Assembly (NCBI GenBank): GCA_042219045.1 | Contig: JBDGQO010000033.1 | Location: 57,568-121,567 of the forward strand | Origin: Candidatus Bipolaricaulia bacterium | Lineage (GTDB): Bacteria > Bipolaricaulota > Bipolaricaulia > RBG-16-55-9 | Length of the DNA: 64,000 bases | Direction: 5' to 3' | Shown: positions 1-9,674 of the stretch, piece by piece | Layout of the letters: each line of letters begins with the position of its first letter | Position numbering within the stretch: position 1 is the stretch's first letter | Translations under genes and position numbers: made by a program | The notes under the pieces: model-generated | Database searches by the model: none | Seen by the model: only the letters and a program-made list of their open reading frames with translations | What the model was told of the DNA's origin: nothing

Positions 1-146
1 CCGGCGTCGCAGTTGAGATAGGGATCGATCTTGACGGCCGTGACGCTGAGGCCCCGGGCTTTCAAGAGCCGTCCCAGCGAGGCGGTGGCAATCCCCTTGC
101 CCAGTCCAGACAGCACGCCGCCGGTCATGAAGAGGTATTTGGTCAT
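1..146 (-). CDS. pyrG: CTP synthase, N-terminal part (runs off window start)
   Basis: Manual translation from ATG at 146: [48 protein letters not shown], the CTP synthase N-terminal signature. Confidence 0.95.
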   Translation of the reverse strand, partial: MTKYLFMTGGVLSGLGKGIATASLGRLLKARGLSVTAVKIDPYLNCDA

Positions 147-245
147 GGTGGGGTCACTCGCCGCATTATAGGCGGCCCGATGGGGCCCATCAAGGAGGCC
201 CGTCGCTCGGGCGCTGAGCGCGGATCGTTCGACCGAGGCAGAGCG

Positions 246-884
246 TCACTCGGCCTTGATCGCCAGAGCGATGCCGTCGCGCAGCGGGACGATCATCGAT
301 TCCAGTTCGGGCCGATCGGTCACGAAGCGATTAAATTCGCGCATCGCTTGGACCATGGCGTCGCCGCCATCGGCCTCGGCCACCTCGCCCATGCGCAACA
401 CGTTGTCGGCCAGAATGACGCCGCCGGGCGCGATCTTCGGCATGGCCGCCTCGAGAAACTCTTGGTACTGCTCCTTCTCGTGGTCGATGAAGCACAGGTC
501 GAAGGGCCCATCCAGGGACTGCAGCGATTTGAGCGCGTCGCCCACGACGATGTCGACGCGCTCGCTCACCCCGCCCTCTTCGAGATTGGCCCGCGCGATC
601 TCGGCCATGTCCGGACTGGCGTCGAGCGTCGTGATGCGGCCGTTCCAGGCCTGCGTCGCACGGGCGAACCAGAGGGACGTGTAGCCGATCGCCGTTCCGG
701 CTTCCAGGATCTGGGACGATCGCTGGATTTTGGCGATAGTGTGGAGAAACTGGCCGCCGACCGGGCCGATGATCGGCACGTCGTGCTCGTCGGCATAGGC
801 CTCCATACGGCGCATCAACTCGTCGCGCTCCGGCGTCAGCTTCGCGATGTAATCCTCGACGTATTCGGCCGTGATGCCGCGCAT
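246..884 (-). CDS. SAM-dependent O-methyltransferase (caffeoyl-CoA OMT / TrmR-like family)
   Basis: ILEAGTAIGYTS SAM motif, FDLCFIDHEK and GGVILADN motifs. Confidence 0.85.
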   Translation of the reverse strand: MRGITAEYVEDYIAKLTPERDELMRRMEAYADEHDVPIIGPVGGQFLHTIAKIQRSSQILEAGTAIGYTSLWFARATQAWNGRITTLDASPDMAEIARANLEEGGVSERVDIVVGDALKSLQSLDGPFDLCFIDHEKEQYQEFLEAAMPKIAPGGVILADNVLRMGEVAEADGGDAMVQAMREFNRFVTDRPELESMIVPLRDGIALAIKAE

Positions 885-919
885 CGGATTTCCTCCTTCT
901 TGTCTGGTCGGCCCCTCGC

Positions 920-2068
920 TCAGATCTTGCCGAGCAGGGCCCGCGCGATGATCAGCCTCTGCACCTCGCTGGTGCCCTCATATAGCTCGGTGATCTTGGC
1001 GTCGCGGTAGAACCGCTCCACGGGATACTCCTTGATAAACCCGTAGCCGCCGTGGATCTGCAGCGCCTCGTTGGCGACTTCGCGGGCCACTCGTGAGGCA
1101 AACAGCTTCGCCATGGAAGCTTCCTTGGCCGGGTTGCCGCCCTCGGCGATCTGCCACGCGGCCCGATAGGTCAGCAGCCGGGCGGCGTCGATGTCGGTCG
1201 CCATGTCGGCCAGCTTGAACTGGGTCGATTGGAAGTCGACGACGGCGCGGCCGAACTGCTCGCGCTCCTGCGCATACCCGAACGCCTCGTCGAACGCGCC
1301 CTGGGCGATGCCGACGGCCTGGGCCGCTACCGCCACGCGCCCCCGGCTGAAGAACTGCATGAGCTGATAGAAGCCCATGTCGGGTTGGCCGATGATGTTC
1401 GCGGCCGGAACGCGGACGTCCTCCAACGTGATCTCGGCCAGGTCGGAGGCGCGAATGCCGAGCTTCTTCTTCAAGGGCTCGGCCGTGAACCCCTCGCGAT
1501 CGGCCTCCACGATAAACGCGGTGATGCCCATGTGGCGATCGGGTGGGTCGGGATTGGTGCGGGCAAAGACGATGAGGAAGTCGGCAATCGCCCCGTTGGT
1601 GATGAACATTTTCTGGCCGTTGAGGACGTACTCGTCCCCGTCTTGTTCGGCCTTGGTGGACATGCTGGCGACGTCGGAGCCGGCCTCGGGCTCGGTGATG
1701 GCCGAGCCCATCACTTGATCGCCGCTGGCCACCGGGACCAAGTATCGCTGTTTCTGCTCGTCCGTGCCGAACTCCAAGAGCATGTCGCTGCCGAACGGGC
1801 GGGCCGTGATCGCCAGGCCGATGCCGGGATCCCCGCAGAACAGCTCCTCGATCGCGATCGTCTGGGCGAGGTAGTCCATGCCGGCGCCGCCGTACTCGGT
1901 CGGCAGCGCGGGCGCGATCAGGTCGAGTTCCTTGGCTTTTTCGACCGCCTCTTGGGGATACGTGGAGTGCTCGTCGCACTCGTCGGCGGCCGGGCGCATG
2001 ACCTCCTCGGCGAACTGTCGGGCCGTCTTGCGGAGCAGGCGGTGCTCCTCGCTCAATTGGAAATCCAT
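920..2068 (-). CDS. Acyl-CoA dehydrogenase
   Basis: TEPEAGSD, NGQKMFITNG, REQFG, LQIHGGYG and ELYEGTSEVQR motifs; start placed at MDFQLSEEH after a GGAGG SD. Confidence 0.93.
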   Translation of the reverse strand: MDFQLSEEHRLLRKTARQFAEEVMRPAADECDEHSTYPQEAVEKAKELDLIAPALPTEYGGAGMDYLAQTIAIEELFCGDPGIGLAITARPFGSDMLLEFGTDEQKQRYLVPVASGDQVMGSAITEPEAGSDVASMSTKAEQDGDEYVLNGQKMFITNGAIADFLIVFARTNPDPPDRHMGITAFIVEADREGFTAEPLKKKLGIRASDLAEITLEDVRVPAANIIGQPDMGFYQLMQFFSRGRVAVAAQAVGIAQGAFDEAFGYAQEREQFGRAVVDFQSTQFKLADMATDIDAARLLTYRAAWQIAEGGNPAKEASMAKLFASRVAREVANEALQIHGGYGFIKEYPVERFYRDAKITELYEGTSEVQRLIIARALLGKI

Positions 2069-2192
2069 CGACCCACCTCCGATGCCGGATACGGGGAATT
2101 GTACGGACGGGGCCAGAAGCGCGTCAACGCGCTGTTGAAAGCGATTCGCAGCTCTGCTATCCTGCATCCCATCCGAAATCGGGGGATTAACC

Positions 2193-3548
2193 ATGACGCA
2201 GAAGCGCGCGTTCGTGCGGACCTGGGGCTGCCAGATGAACGAGCACAAGAGCGAGGGGATCGCCGGGCTCCTGGCCGACGAGGGCTACCAACTCGTCGAC
2301 CGGGCCGAGGACGCCGACGTCGTCATCTTTAACACCTGCATGGTCCGCGAAAAGCCCGAACAGAAGGTCTACTCCGAGGCCGGCACCATCCGGAATCTGA
2401 AAGAGAAGAACCCGGACATGATGCTCGGGGTCGGCGGCTGCGTCGCCCAAGCCATGGGCGAGAAGATCGCCGAGCGCAGCCCGACGGTCGACTTCGTCTT
2501 CGGCAGCTCCAACATCACCGACATTCCCCGACTCATCCGCGAGGCCGAGGCACGTCGCGAAAACGGAAATGGCAAGCGCGACGAGCCCGTCATGGCGATC
2601 TCCAAGATCCCCGATCGGATCGAGGACACGCCCTTCATTCGCCATAGCTCGTTCCAGGGGAAGGTCACGATCACCGAAGGCTGTTCCAACTTCTGTTCCT
2701 TCTGCGTGGTTCCCTACACGACGGGGCTGCTGCGCAGTCGCTATCCCGGCGAGGTCATCCAGGAAGTGAGCGAACTGGCCGAGCAGAATTTTCAAGAAGT
2801 CCAGTTGCTCGGGCAGAATGTGGACTCCTATGGCAATGACCTGGATGATCCGGACATCACGTTCGCCAAGCTGTTGGACGCGCTCACGGCGATCGACATT
2901 CCCCGGATCCGCTTCACGAGTTCGCATCCGCAGGACATCACGCCCGACGTTATCGACGTGATCAGCCGGCCGAACAACGTCTGCGAGCACGTCCACATGG
3001 CCGTCCAAGCCGGCAGCGATCGAGTGTTGGAAGCCATGCGGCGCGGCTACACCAAAGACGAGTTTTTGCGCATCGTCGACGACCTCAAGGCCAGCGTCCC
3101 CGGCGCCAACGTCACCACCGACATCATCGTCGGGTTCCCCACGGAAACCGAAGAGGATTTCAAGGAAACCGTCGATCTCGTTCGGAAGGCCCGCTTCGGC
3201 GGCGCGTTCATCTTCAAGTACTCGCCGCGACCCGGGACGATCAGCTACTACAAGTACGAGGACGACGTCCCCGACGAGCAGAAGCAACGGCGGCTGGAGC
3301 ACCTGCTCGACCTCCAGAAGAGCATCACGGATGAGGAGAACCGACAACGCGTCGGCGAAACCTTGGAAGTGCTCGTCGAAGGCCCGGCCAAGCGCAAGAA
3401 CGACAGCCCCCATCGCTACCTCGGCAAGACCCGCGACAACCGGACCGTCCTCTTCGAGGGTTGCGAGGACATGGTCGGCTCCAGGGTCAATGTGGAAGTC
3501 GACGAGGGCAGCGTCGCCGGCTTAGTTGGCCGCGTGGTCGCCGACTGA
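2193..3548 (+). CDS. miaB: tRNA-i6A37 methylthiotransferase MiaB (radical SAM)
   Basis: GCQMN N-terminus, NTC and GC cluster ligands, CSNFCSFC radical SAM motif, C-terminal TRAM domain. Confidence 0.92.
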   Translation: MTQKRAFVRTWGCQMNEHKSEGIAGLLADEGYQLVDRAEDADVVIFNTCMVREKPEQKVYSEAGTIRNLKEKNPDMMLGVGGCVAQAMGEKIAERSPTVDFVFGSSNITDIPRLIREAEARRENGNGKRDEPVMAISKIPDRIEDTPFIRHSSFQGKVTITEGCSNFCSFCVVPYTTGLLRSRYPGEVIQEVSELAEQNFQEVQLLGQNVDSYGNDLDDPDITFAKLLDALTAIDIPRIRFTSSHPQDITPDVIDVISRPNNVCEHVHMAVQAGSDRVLEAMRRGYTKDEFLRIVDDLKASVPGANVTTDIIVGFPTETEEDFKETVDLVRKARFGGAFIFKYSPRPGTISYYKYEDDVPDEQKQRRLEHLLDLQKSITDEENRQRVGETLEVLVEGPAKRKNDSPHRYLGKTRDNRTVLFEGCEDMVGSRVNVEVDEGSVAGLVGRVVAD

Positions 3549-3582
3549 AGCGGGCATGCCCGCTTGATACAATTTTACCAAT

Positions 3583-4683
3583 ATGATGACCCCCATTGAA
3601 CGACGCCAGTCCCGTGTGGTCCACGTCGGCGACGTCCCGATCGGCGGCGATCACCCCATTGCCGTCCAGTCGATGACCACCGTCGACACGCGTGACGCCC
3701 AGGCCTCCGTGGATCAGATCCACGACATGGAGCAAGCGGGCTGCGAGATCGTCCGCGTGTCCGTGCTCAACATGGACGCGGCGTATAACCTGGGCGAGAT
3801 CAAGCGCCAGATCAACATTCCCCTTGTGTCCGATATCCACTTTGATCATCGACTGGCATTGGAAGCGATCCGGCAGGGCATTGACAAAGTCCGCCTCAAT
3901 CCGGGCAACATCCAGAAACCCGACAAGATCAAGGAAGTCGTTCAGGCCGCGAAGGACGCGGGCATTCCCATCCGCGTCGGCGTCAACTCCGGGTCCCTGC
4001 CCAAGGACCTCTTGATTAAGCACGAGGGCGCGACGCCGGAGGCCATGGTCGAGGCCGGGCTCCGTGAGATCGAGATCCTGGAGAACGAAGGCTTTAAGGA
4101 CATCGTCATCTCGCTCAAGTCGACCGACGTCCGCATCATGATCGGGGCGTATCGGCTCATGGCCGAACGGGTCGATTACCCGCTCCATTTGGGTGTCACC
4201 GAGTCGGGCATGGGCGACGAGGGCGTCGCCAAGAGTTCGCTCGGCATCGGGTCGCTGTTGGAGCAGGGCATCGGCGACACGTTGCGGGTCTCGCTCACGG
4301 GCGATCCGACGCGCGAGGTGAAGGTCGCCTATCACATCCTCGGCGCGCTCAATCTCCGATGGCGCGGCGTCCAGTTCAGTTCCTGCCCCACATGCGGACG
4401 AATCGGGATCAACTTGGAAAAGATCGTGACCGAGGCCCAAGAGCGCCTGGAGGGCGTGCAAGCCCCCATCAAGGTCTCGCTGATCGGCTGTGTCGTCAAC
4501 GGCATCGGCGAGGCGGGCCATTCCCACATCGGCCTGGTCGGCTACGACCAATCGGGCACGCTGTTCAAGGACGGCGAGCCCGTGCGGCAGCGGATTCCCG
4601 AGGATCAACTCGTGGATGAGCTGGTCGACCTGGTCCACGAGTACGAGGCAGAGCTGGAATCGGCCAACGGCCAAAGCAGCTGA
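3583..4683 (+). CDS. ispG: 4-hydroxy-3-methylbut-2-en-1-yl diphosphate synthase
   Basis: VQSMT, DIHF, RLNPGNI, GVNSGSL, HLGVTE, CPTCGR and GCVVNG motifs. Confidence 0.96.
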   Translation: MMTPIERRQSRVVHVGDVPIGGDHPIAVQSMTTVDTRDAQASVDQIHDMEQAGCEIVRVSVLNMDAAYNLGEIKRQINIPLVSDIHFDHRLALEAIRQGIDKVRLNPGNIQKPDKIKEVVQAAKDAGIPIRVGVNSGSLPKDLLIKHEGATPEAMVEAGLREIEILENEGFKDIVISLKSTDVRIMIGAYRLMAERVDYPLHLGVTESGMGDEGVAKSSLGIGSLLEQGIGDTLRVSLTGDPTREVKVAYHILGALNLRWRGVQFSSCPTCGRIGINLEKIVTEAQERLEGVQAPIKVSLIGCVVNGIGEAGHSHIGLVGYDQSGTLFKDGEPVRQRIPEDQLVDELVDLVHEYEAELESANGQSS

Positions 4684-4719
4684 CGCGTGCAGACGAGCCG
4701 ACGGCCAAGGCCATGTGCC

Positions 4720-4977
4720 ATGGTCCAATTGAGGACGATGCTCTGGAAGATCGGGGTCAACATTGCCGCGGTCGTGTTGATCATCGCCGGGATCATTCTC
4801 GGCCCGCTCCCCGTGCTGCCGGGATCGCCGCTCGTGATCGCCGGCATTCTCATGCTGAACTTCAAGGGCAAGAAGACGCTTTTGCTCAAGATCGGCCGGA
4901 CGCGACCGATGCAGTGGGTTATGGCTCGGTCACCGCAACTGGCAACGTTCTGGCAGAAGATGGGCCTACGTCCTTGA
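4720..4977 (+). CDS. Small membrane protein (PGPGW-like)
   Basis: Hydrophobic hairpin IIAGIILGPLPVLPGSPLVIAGILML followed by a basic tail; start uncertain (4720 or 4738). Confidence 0.6.
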   Translation: MVQLRTMLWKIGVNIAAVVLIIAGIILGPLPVLPGSPLVIAGILMLNFKGKKTLLLKIGRTRPMQWVMARSPQLATFWQKMGLRP

Positions 4978-5020
4978 CGCCTGCCTTGTTACGATCTATA
5001 CTCAGGTGCCCTTGCGGAAT

Positions 5021-5656
5021 ATGGCCGTATCAGCGATCGTTCCGGCGTACAATGAGTCAGACCGCCTTGAGAGCGTGATTGAGCCTCTCAAGGCCGCGCC
5101 GTCCGTGGACGAGGTCGTCGTCGCCGACGACGGATCGATCGACGACACCGTCGGAGTTGCCCAGGCCCTCGGCGTACGTGTCGTGGAGCTCGGCGAGAAT
5201 CTGGGCAAGGCGGCTGCGCTCGACGTGGGCGTGAAGGCGGCCCGCAACGAGACGCTCCTGTTTCTGGATGCGGACCTCATCGGTCTCAGGCCGGAGCACG
5301 TCGAGCTGTTAGCGCGCGTCTATGAGGAGAAGTCGCCCCACATGGTCGTCGGCGTCTTTAAAAGCGGCCGTCTCAACACGGACCTCTCGCAGAGCATCGC
5401 CCCGTATCTGTCGGGGCAGCGCGTCCTCTCGCGCCGCCTTTGGGAGCGGCTGTTGGAGCGGGAGTCGCTCGAGTTCGGCGTGGAAATGGCGCTCACGAAG
5501 CTCTCGCTCAAGGAGGACTGGCACGAGGAGCGGGTCTATCTCGAGGGCGTTACTCACGTCATGAAGGAGGAGAAGCGCGGATTCTCCGAAGGGTTTCGCC
5601 AGCGCATCACGATGTACGGCGACATCCTGCGCTCGTTCTTCAGCCGCACCGGCTGA
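5021..5656 (+). CDS. GT2-family glycosyltransferase
   Basis: IVPAYNE, DDGSIDDT, GK, FLDADL, LSGQR and FGVE motifs. Confidence 0.85.
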   Translation: MAVSAIVPAYNESDRLESVIEPLKAAPSVDEVVVADDGSIDDTVGVAQALGVRVVELGENLGKAAALDVGVKAARNETLLFLDADLIGLRPEHVELLARVYEEKSPHMVVGVFKSGRLNTDLSQSIAPYLSGQRVLSRRLWERLLERESLEFGVEMALTKLSLKEDWHEERVYLEGVTHVMKEEKRGFSEGFRQRITMYGDILRSFFSRTG

Positions 5657-5692
5657 CAACGCCCTCCGATTTCGGTACGCTAAAAAAGCATT

Positions 5693-6937
5693 ATGGACTC
5701 ATCGTCTGTCGGCCACATGGCCGAGACCGATCCCCAAATCCATCAGGCCTTTCAGGACGAGCTGGCCCGCCAGCAAGGGACCGTGGAGTTGATCGCCTCG
5801 GAGAACTTCGCCAGCCCCGCGGTTCTGGAAGCGCAGGGCTCGGTGCTGACCAACAAATACGCCGAAGGCTATCCGGGCCGCCGTTATTACGCCGGCTGTG
5901 AGCACGTCGATCGGGTCGAAAAGTTAGCGCGCGAGCGGCTCTGTGAGCTGTTCGGGGCGGATCACGCCAACGTGCAACCCCATTCGGGATCCCAAGCGAA
6001 CATGGCCGTCTATTTCGCGGTCTTGAATCCCGGCGACACGATCCTGAGCATGGCCTTGGACCATGGCGGGCACCTCTCGCACGGCCATCCGGTCAACTTC
6101 GCCGGCCAGTTCTACAACGTCGTTAGCTACGGGGTGGATCGCGACACCGAACGCATCGATTACGAGGCGTTGCGCCATCGAGCATTGGAGGCCCGGCCGA
6201 CCTTGATCGTGGCGGGTGCCAGTGCCTATCCGCGCACGATCGACTTCGCGCGGATGCGGGCCATTGCCGACGAGGTCGGCGCCTATCTTATGGCCGACAT
6301 CGCCCACATCGCTGGCTTGTGTGCCGCGGGGGCGCATCCCTCGCCCGTGCCCCATGCCCATTTCGTCACCACGACGACCCACAAGACGCTCCGCGGCCCG
6401 CGCGGCGGCGCCGTCCTCTGTCATGCCGACCTGGCGAAGCAGCTCGACAAGACCGTCTTCCCCGGCATCCAGGGCGGGCCGCTCATGCACGTGATTGGCG
6501 CCAAGGCGGTGGCGTTCCAGGAGGCATTGAGCAAGACGTTCGAGCAGTACCAGCATCGCATTGTGGAGAACGCACGGGCGCTGGCGGCGGCGCTGGCCGA
6601 GCGCGGGTACCGGCTCGTCTCGGGCGGCACCGACAATCACCTTGTGCTCGTCGATCTCCGGCCGAAGGGAATCACGGGGGCCGATGCCGAAGCCCTCCTC
6701 GAGGCGGTCGGCATCACGGCCAACAAGAACGCCATCCCCTTCGATCCGGAAACGCCCAAGGTCACCAGCGGCATTCGTCTGGGCACGCCGGCGGTCACGA
6801 CCCGGGGCATGGACGCCGAGGCCATGTCGCGCATCGGCGCGTTGATCGATCGGGCCTTGTGCGGGGAATCTCCGGATCAGCTCCGCTGCGACGTCCAAGA
6901 GCTTTGCGCGGCGTTCCCGCTTTACGTGGGCGGATAA
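5693..6937 (+). CDS. glyA: Serine hydroxymethyltransferase
   Basis: [24 protein letters not shown] and [13 protein letters not shown] (PLP lysine) motifs. Confidence 0.97.
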   Translation: MDSSSVGHMAETDPQIHQAFQDELARQQGTVELIASENFASPAVLEAQGSVLTNKYAEGYPGRRYYAGCEHVDRVEKLARERLCELFGADHANVQPHSGSQANMAVYFAVLNPGDTILSMALDHGGHLSHGHPVNFAGQFYNVVSYGVDRDTERIDYEALRHRALEARPTLIVAGASAYPRTIDFARMRAIADEVGAYLMADIAHIAGLCAAGAHPSPVPHAHFVTTTTHKTLRGPRGGAVLCHADLAKQLDKTVFPGIQGGPLMHVIGAKAVAFQEALSKTFEQYQHRIVENARALAAALAERGYRLVSGGTDNHLVLVDLRPKGITGADAEALLEAVGITANKNAIPFDPETPKVTSGIRLGTPAVTTRGMDAEAMSRIGALIDRALCGESPDQLRCDVQELCAAFPLYVGG

Positions 6938-6939
6938 GC

Positions 6940-6968
6940 TTGTCAGCTTACAGAAAGCAAGCTATAAT
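6940..6968 (+). promoter_or_regulatory. Sigma70-type promoter of rho-murA-hflX
   Basis: TTGTCA (6940-6945), 17 nt spacer, TATAAT (6963-6968). Confidence 0.75.
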
Positions 6969-7085
6969 ACGAGTCTAGGTGAGAGTTGCCCATCCAATCA
7001 CTTTCGTACATTCCGTCGTGCCGATGATTCAGGCGGCCCCAGTTATCAGCCCCCACTCGCCGCCCGATGAGGAGGTATCGTCCCC

Positions 7086-8399
7086 ATGGACATCAGCGAC
7101 TTGAGAGCCAAAAGCATCAAAGAGCTGCGGGAGATCGCCCAAGATCACGGCCTCAACGGCCTCTCGCAGATGAAGAAGGAGGAGCTTGTCTGGTCGATCC
7201 TGGAGGTGCTCACGGAAAAGGAAGGCCTGAGCATCAAGAACGGCGTGTTGGAGATCTTGCCTGACGGTTATGGGTTCCTGCGGGATAAGTCGTGTCTGCC
7301 GGGCAAGAACGACATTTACGTGTCGCCGTCCCAGATCAAGCGGTTCGGACTCAAGGACGGCGACATCGTCCGCGGCAAGGTCCGTCCGCCCAAGGACGAC
7401 GAAAAATATTACGCGCTGCTCAAGGTCCAGGAGATCAACTTCGACGAGCCAGACAATATTCGGAACCGGACCGATTTTTCCGATCTGACGCCATATCACC
7501 CCACGGAGCAGCTCCACCTGGAGTACAACGGCGAGGAGTACTCCACCCGGATCATGGACCTGTTCGCTCCCATCGGCAAGGGCCAGCGCGGCCTGATCGT
7601 CTCCCCACCAAAGGCGGGCAAGACGACCCTCTTGAAAGACATCGCCCACGGCATCATGTACAACCAGCCGGAGGCCTACCTCATCGTGCTGCTCGTGGAC
7701 GAGCGGCCGGAAGAGGTCACCGACATTAAGCTCTCCCTGGAGCAGGGGGCCAACAACCTGAATCACGAGCCTGAGGTCGTCTCGGCGACGTTCGACCAGA
7801 AGCCGGAAATCCACGCCCGCATCTCCGAGCTCGTCATCGACAAGGCCAAGCGCCTGACCGAACACGGCATGGACGTCGTCGTCCTCATGGACTCCATCAC
7901 GCGCCTGGCACGCGCCTACAACCTCAGCGTCACCCCCAGCGGCAAGCTCCTCTCAGGCGGCATGGATCCGACGGCCTTGTATAAGCCGAAGGAGTTCTTC
8001 GGGGCGGCTCGGGCGATCGTCGACCTCAACGAGGAGGAAGACGAGCGGGGCTATCCCTCCAGCTTCGGCAGCTTGACGATTCTGGGCACCGCGCTCGTCG
8101 ACACGGGCTCGCGGCTCGATCAGGTCGTGTTCGAGGAGTTCAAGGGCACGGGCAACATGGAACTCGTCCTGGACCGAAACTTGGCCAATCGCCGCGTCTT
8201 CCCCGCCATCGACCTCGAGATGACCGGCACGCGCAAGGAGGAGATGCTCCTTGACGAGGACATCCTTCGTCGTGTCTGGATCTTGCGCAAGATGATCGGC
8301 GACATGAACGACAAGCAAAAAGCCCTCGGCTTCATCCTCAGCGAGATGGCCAAAACCGAGACCAACGAGCAATTCCTGAACAACATGGCCAGCGGATAG
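7086..8399 (+). CDS. rho: Transcription termination factor Rho
   Basis: GYGFLR, DIYVSPSQI, PPKAGKT P-loop, DERPEEVTD and EEFKGTGNMEL motifs. Confidence 0.98.
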   Translation: MDISDLRAKSIKELREIAQDHGLNGLSQMKKEELVWSILEVLTEKEGLSIKNGVLEILPDGYGFLRDKSCLPGKNDIYVSPSQIKRFGLKDGDIVRGKVRPPKDDEKYYALLKVQEINFDEPDNIRNRTDFSDLTPYHPTEQLHLEYNGEEYSTRIMDLFAPIGKGQRGLIVSPPKAGKTTLLKDIAHGIMYNQPEAYLIVLLVDERPEEVTDIKLSLEQGANNLNHEPEVVSATFDQKPEIHARISELVIDKAKRLTEHGMDVVVLMDSITRLARAYNLSVTPSGKLLSGGMDPTALYKPKEFFGAARAIVDLNEEEDERGYPSSFGSLTILGTALVDTGSRLDQVVFEEFKGTGNMELVLDRNLANRRVFPAIDLEMTGTRKEEMLLDEDILRRVWILRKMIGDMNDKQKALGFILSEMAKTETNEQFLNNMASG

Positions 8400-8405
8400 C
8401 TGGGC

Positions 8406-9674
8406 ATGGATTACATCATCGAGGGCGGGCATCCGCTCCACGGCCGCATCGCCGTGCCGGGGGCCAAGAACGCCGCCCTCCACATCCTCGTCGCGACGCT
8501 GTTGACCGATGCCCCGATCGAGATCGATCGCGTCCCGTCCGTTCGCGACGTTGACACGCTGAGTTCGCTGCTGAGGAGCCTCGGCAAACGGATCGAGCCC
8601 GACGGCGCGGAACGCCGTCGGGTAACGCCGTCGGGGCCCCTGCGGGCCGAAGCTCCCGTGGACGAGGTGCGCAATACACGGGCGTCGTTCCACGTGTTGG
8701 GGCCTTTGTTGGCACGCTGTGGCCAAGCGACCGTGCCGACCCCGGGCGGGGATCGGATCGGAGAACGTCCCGTCGATCTCCACCTAGATGGCCTCCGAGC
8801 TATGGGCGCTGCCATTGACGAGTACGACGGCTTCGTCCGCGCGAGGGCCCAGACGTTGGCGCCCGCTGACATCCGGCTGCGCTTTCCCTCGGTGGGCGCC
8901 ACGGAGCACTTGATGATGACGGCCGCGCACGTGCCGGGCCGGACCGTCATCCGCAACCCCGCCCCCGAGCCCGAGGTCCAAGACTTGAGTCGGTTCCTGA
9001 CGACGCTCGGTGCCGCGGTCGAGTGCCACCCGACGTACGTGGCGGTTGAGGGGCGTCGGCATCTGCACGGCGGCGAGCACGCCATCATGCCGGATCGACT
9101 GCAGGCGGGAACGCTGGCCATCGGCGCGGCGCTTGCGGGCGGCGAGTTGGACATCCGCTGCGATCCCTGGCACGTTCGTCCGCTGACCGCTACACTTCAA
9201 GCAATGACGATCGACATCGCGGAGCGCGCCGACGGCCTCGTCGTTCGTGGCACGGCCCCGCGAGAGTACCGTCCGACCGCCATCGAGACCCGACCCTATC
9301 CCGGTTTCCCCACTGACATGCATCCGCCCATTATGCCGTTGTTGGCGCTGACGCCGGGCGAGAGCCGGCTCACGGAGACGATCTTTGGGGACCGATTCTC
9401 CTACGCCGACGGCCTCCGCCGGCTCGGCGCGGACGTGAGCGTCGAGGGTCGCACGGCGAGGGTCAAGGGCGTTGCTCAACTCAGTGGCGGTGACGTCGAG
9501 GAGCGGCGCGACAATCGGGCTGCCGCGGCTCTCGTGTTGGCCGGTCTCGCGGCCGAGGGGACGACGGTCGTGCGCGACGAGTACCATCACGTCTCGCGCG
9601 GCTACGGCGACTTCGCCGCAACGCTTTCGGAATTGGGGGCGATGATCTGGACCGATGAGCAACCGTCTCATTGA
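8406..9674 (+). CDS. murA: UDP-N-acetylglucosamine 1-carboxyvinyltransferase (Asp in place of the catalytic-loop Cys)
   Basis: GAKNAAL, RAS..LGPLL, PGGDRIGERP, SVGATE, PYPGFPTD and RGY motifs. Confidence 0.9.
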   Translation: MDYIIEGGHPLHGRIAVPGAKNAALHILVATLLTDAPIEIDRVPSVRDVDTLSSLLRSLGKRIEPDGAERRRVTPSGPLRAEAPVDEVRNTRASFHVLGPLLARCGQATVPTPGGDRIGERPVDLHLDGLRAMGAAIDEYDGFVRARAQTLAPADIRLRFPSVGATEHLMMTAAHVPGRTVIRNPAPEPEVQDLSRFLTTLGAAVECHPTYVAVEGRRHLHGGEHAIMPDRLQAGTLAIGAALAGGELDIRCDPWHVRPLTATLQAMTIDIAERADGLVVRGTAPREYRPTAIETRPYPGFPTDMHPPIMPLLALTPGESRLTETIFGDRFSYADGLRRLGADVSVEGRTARVKGVAQLSGGDVEERRDNRAAAALVLAGLAAEGTTVVRDEYHHVSRGYGDFAATLSELGAMIWTDEQPSH

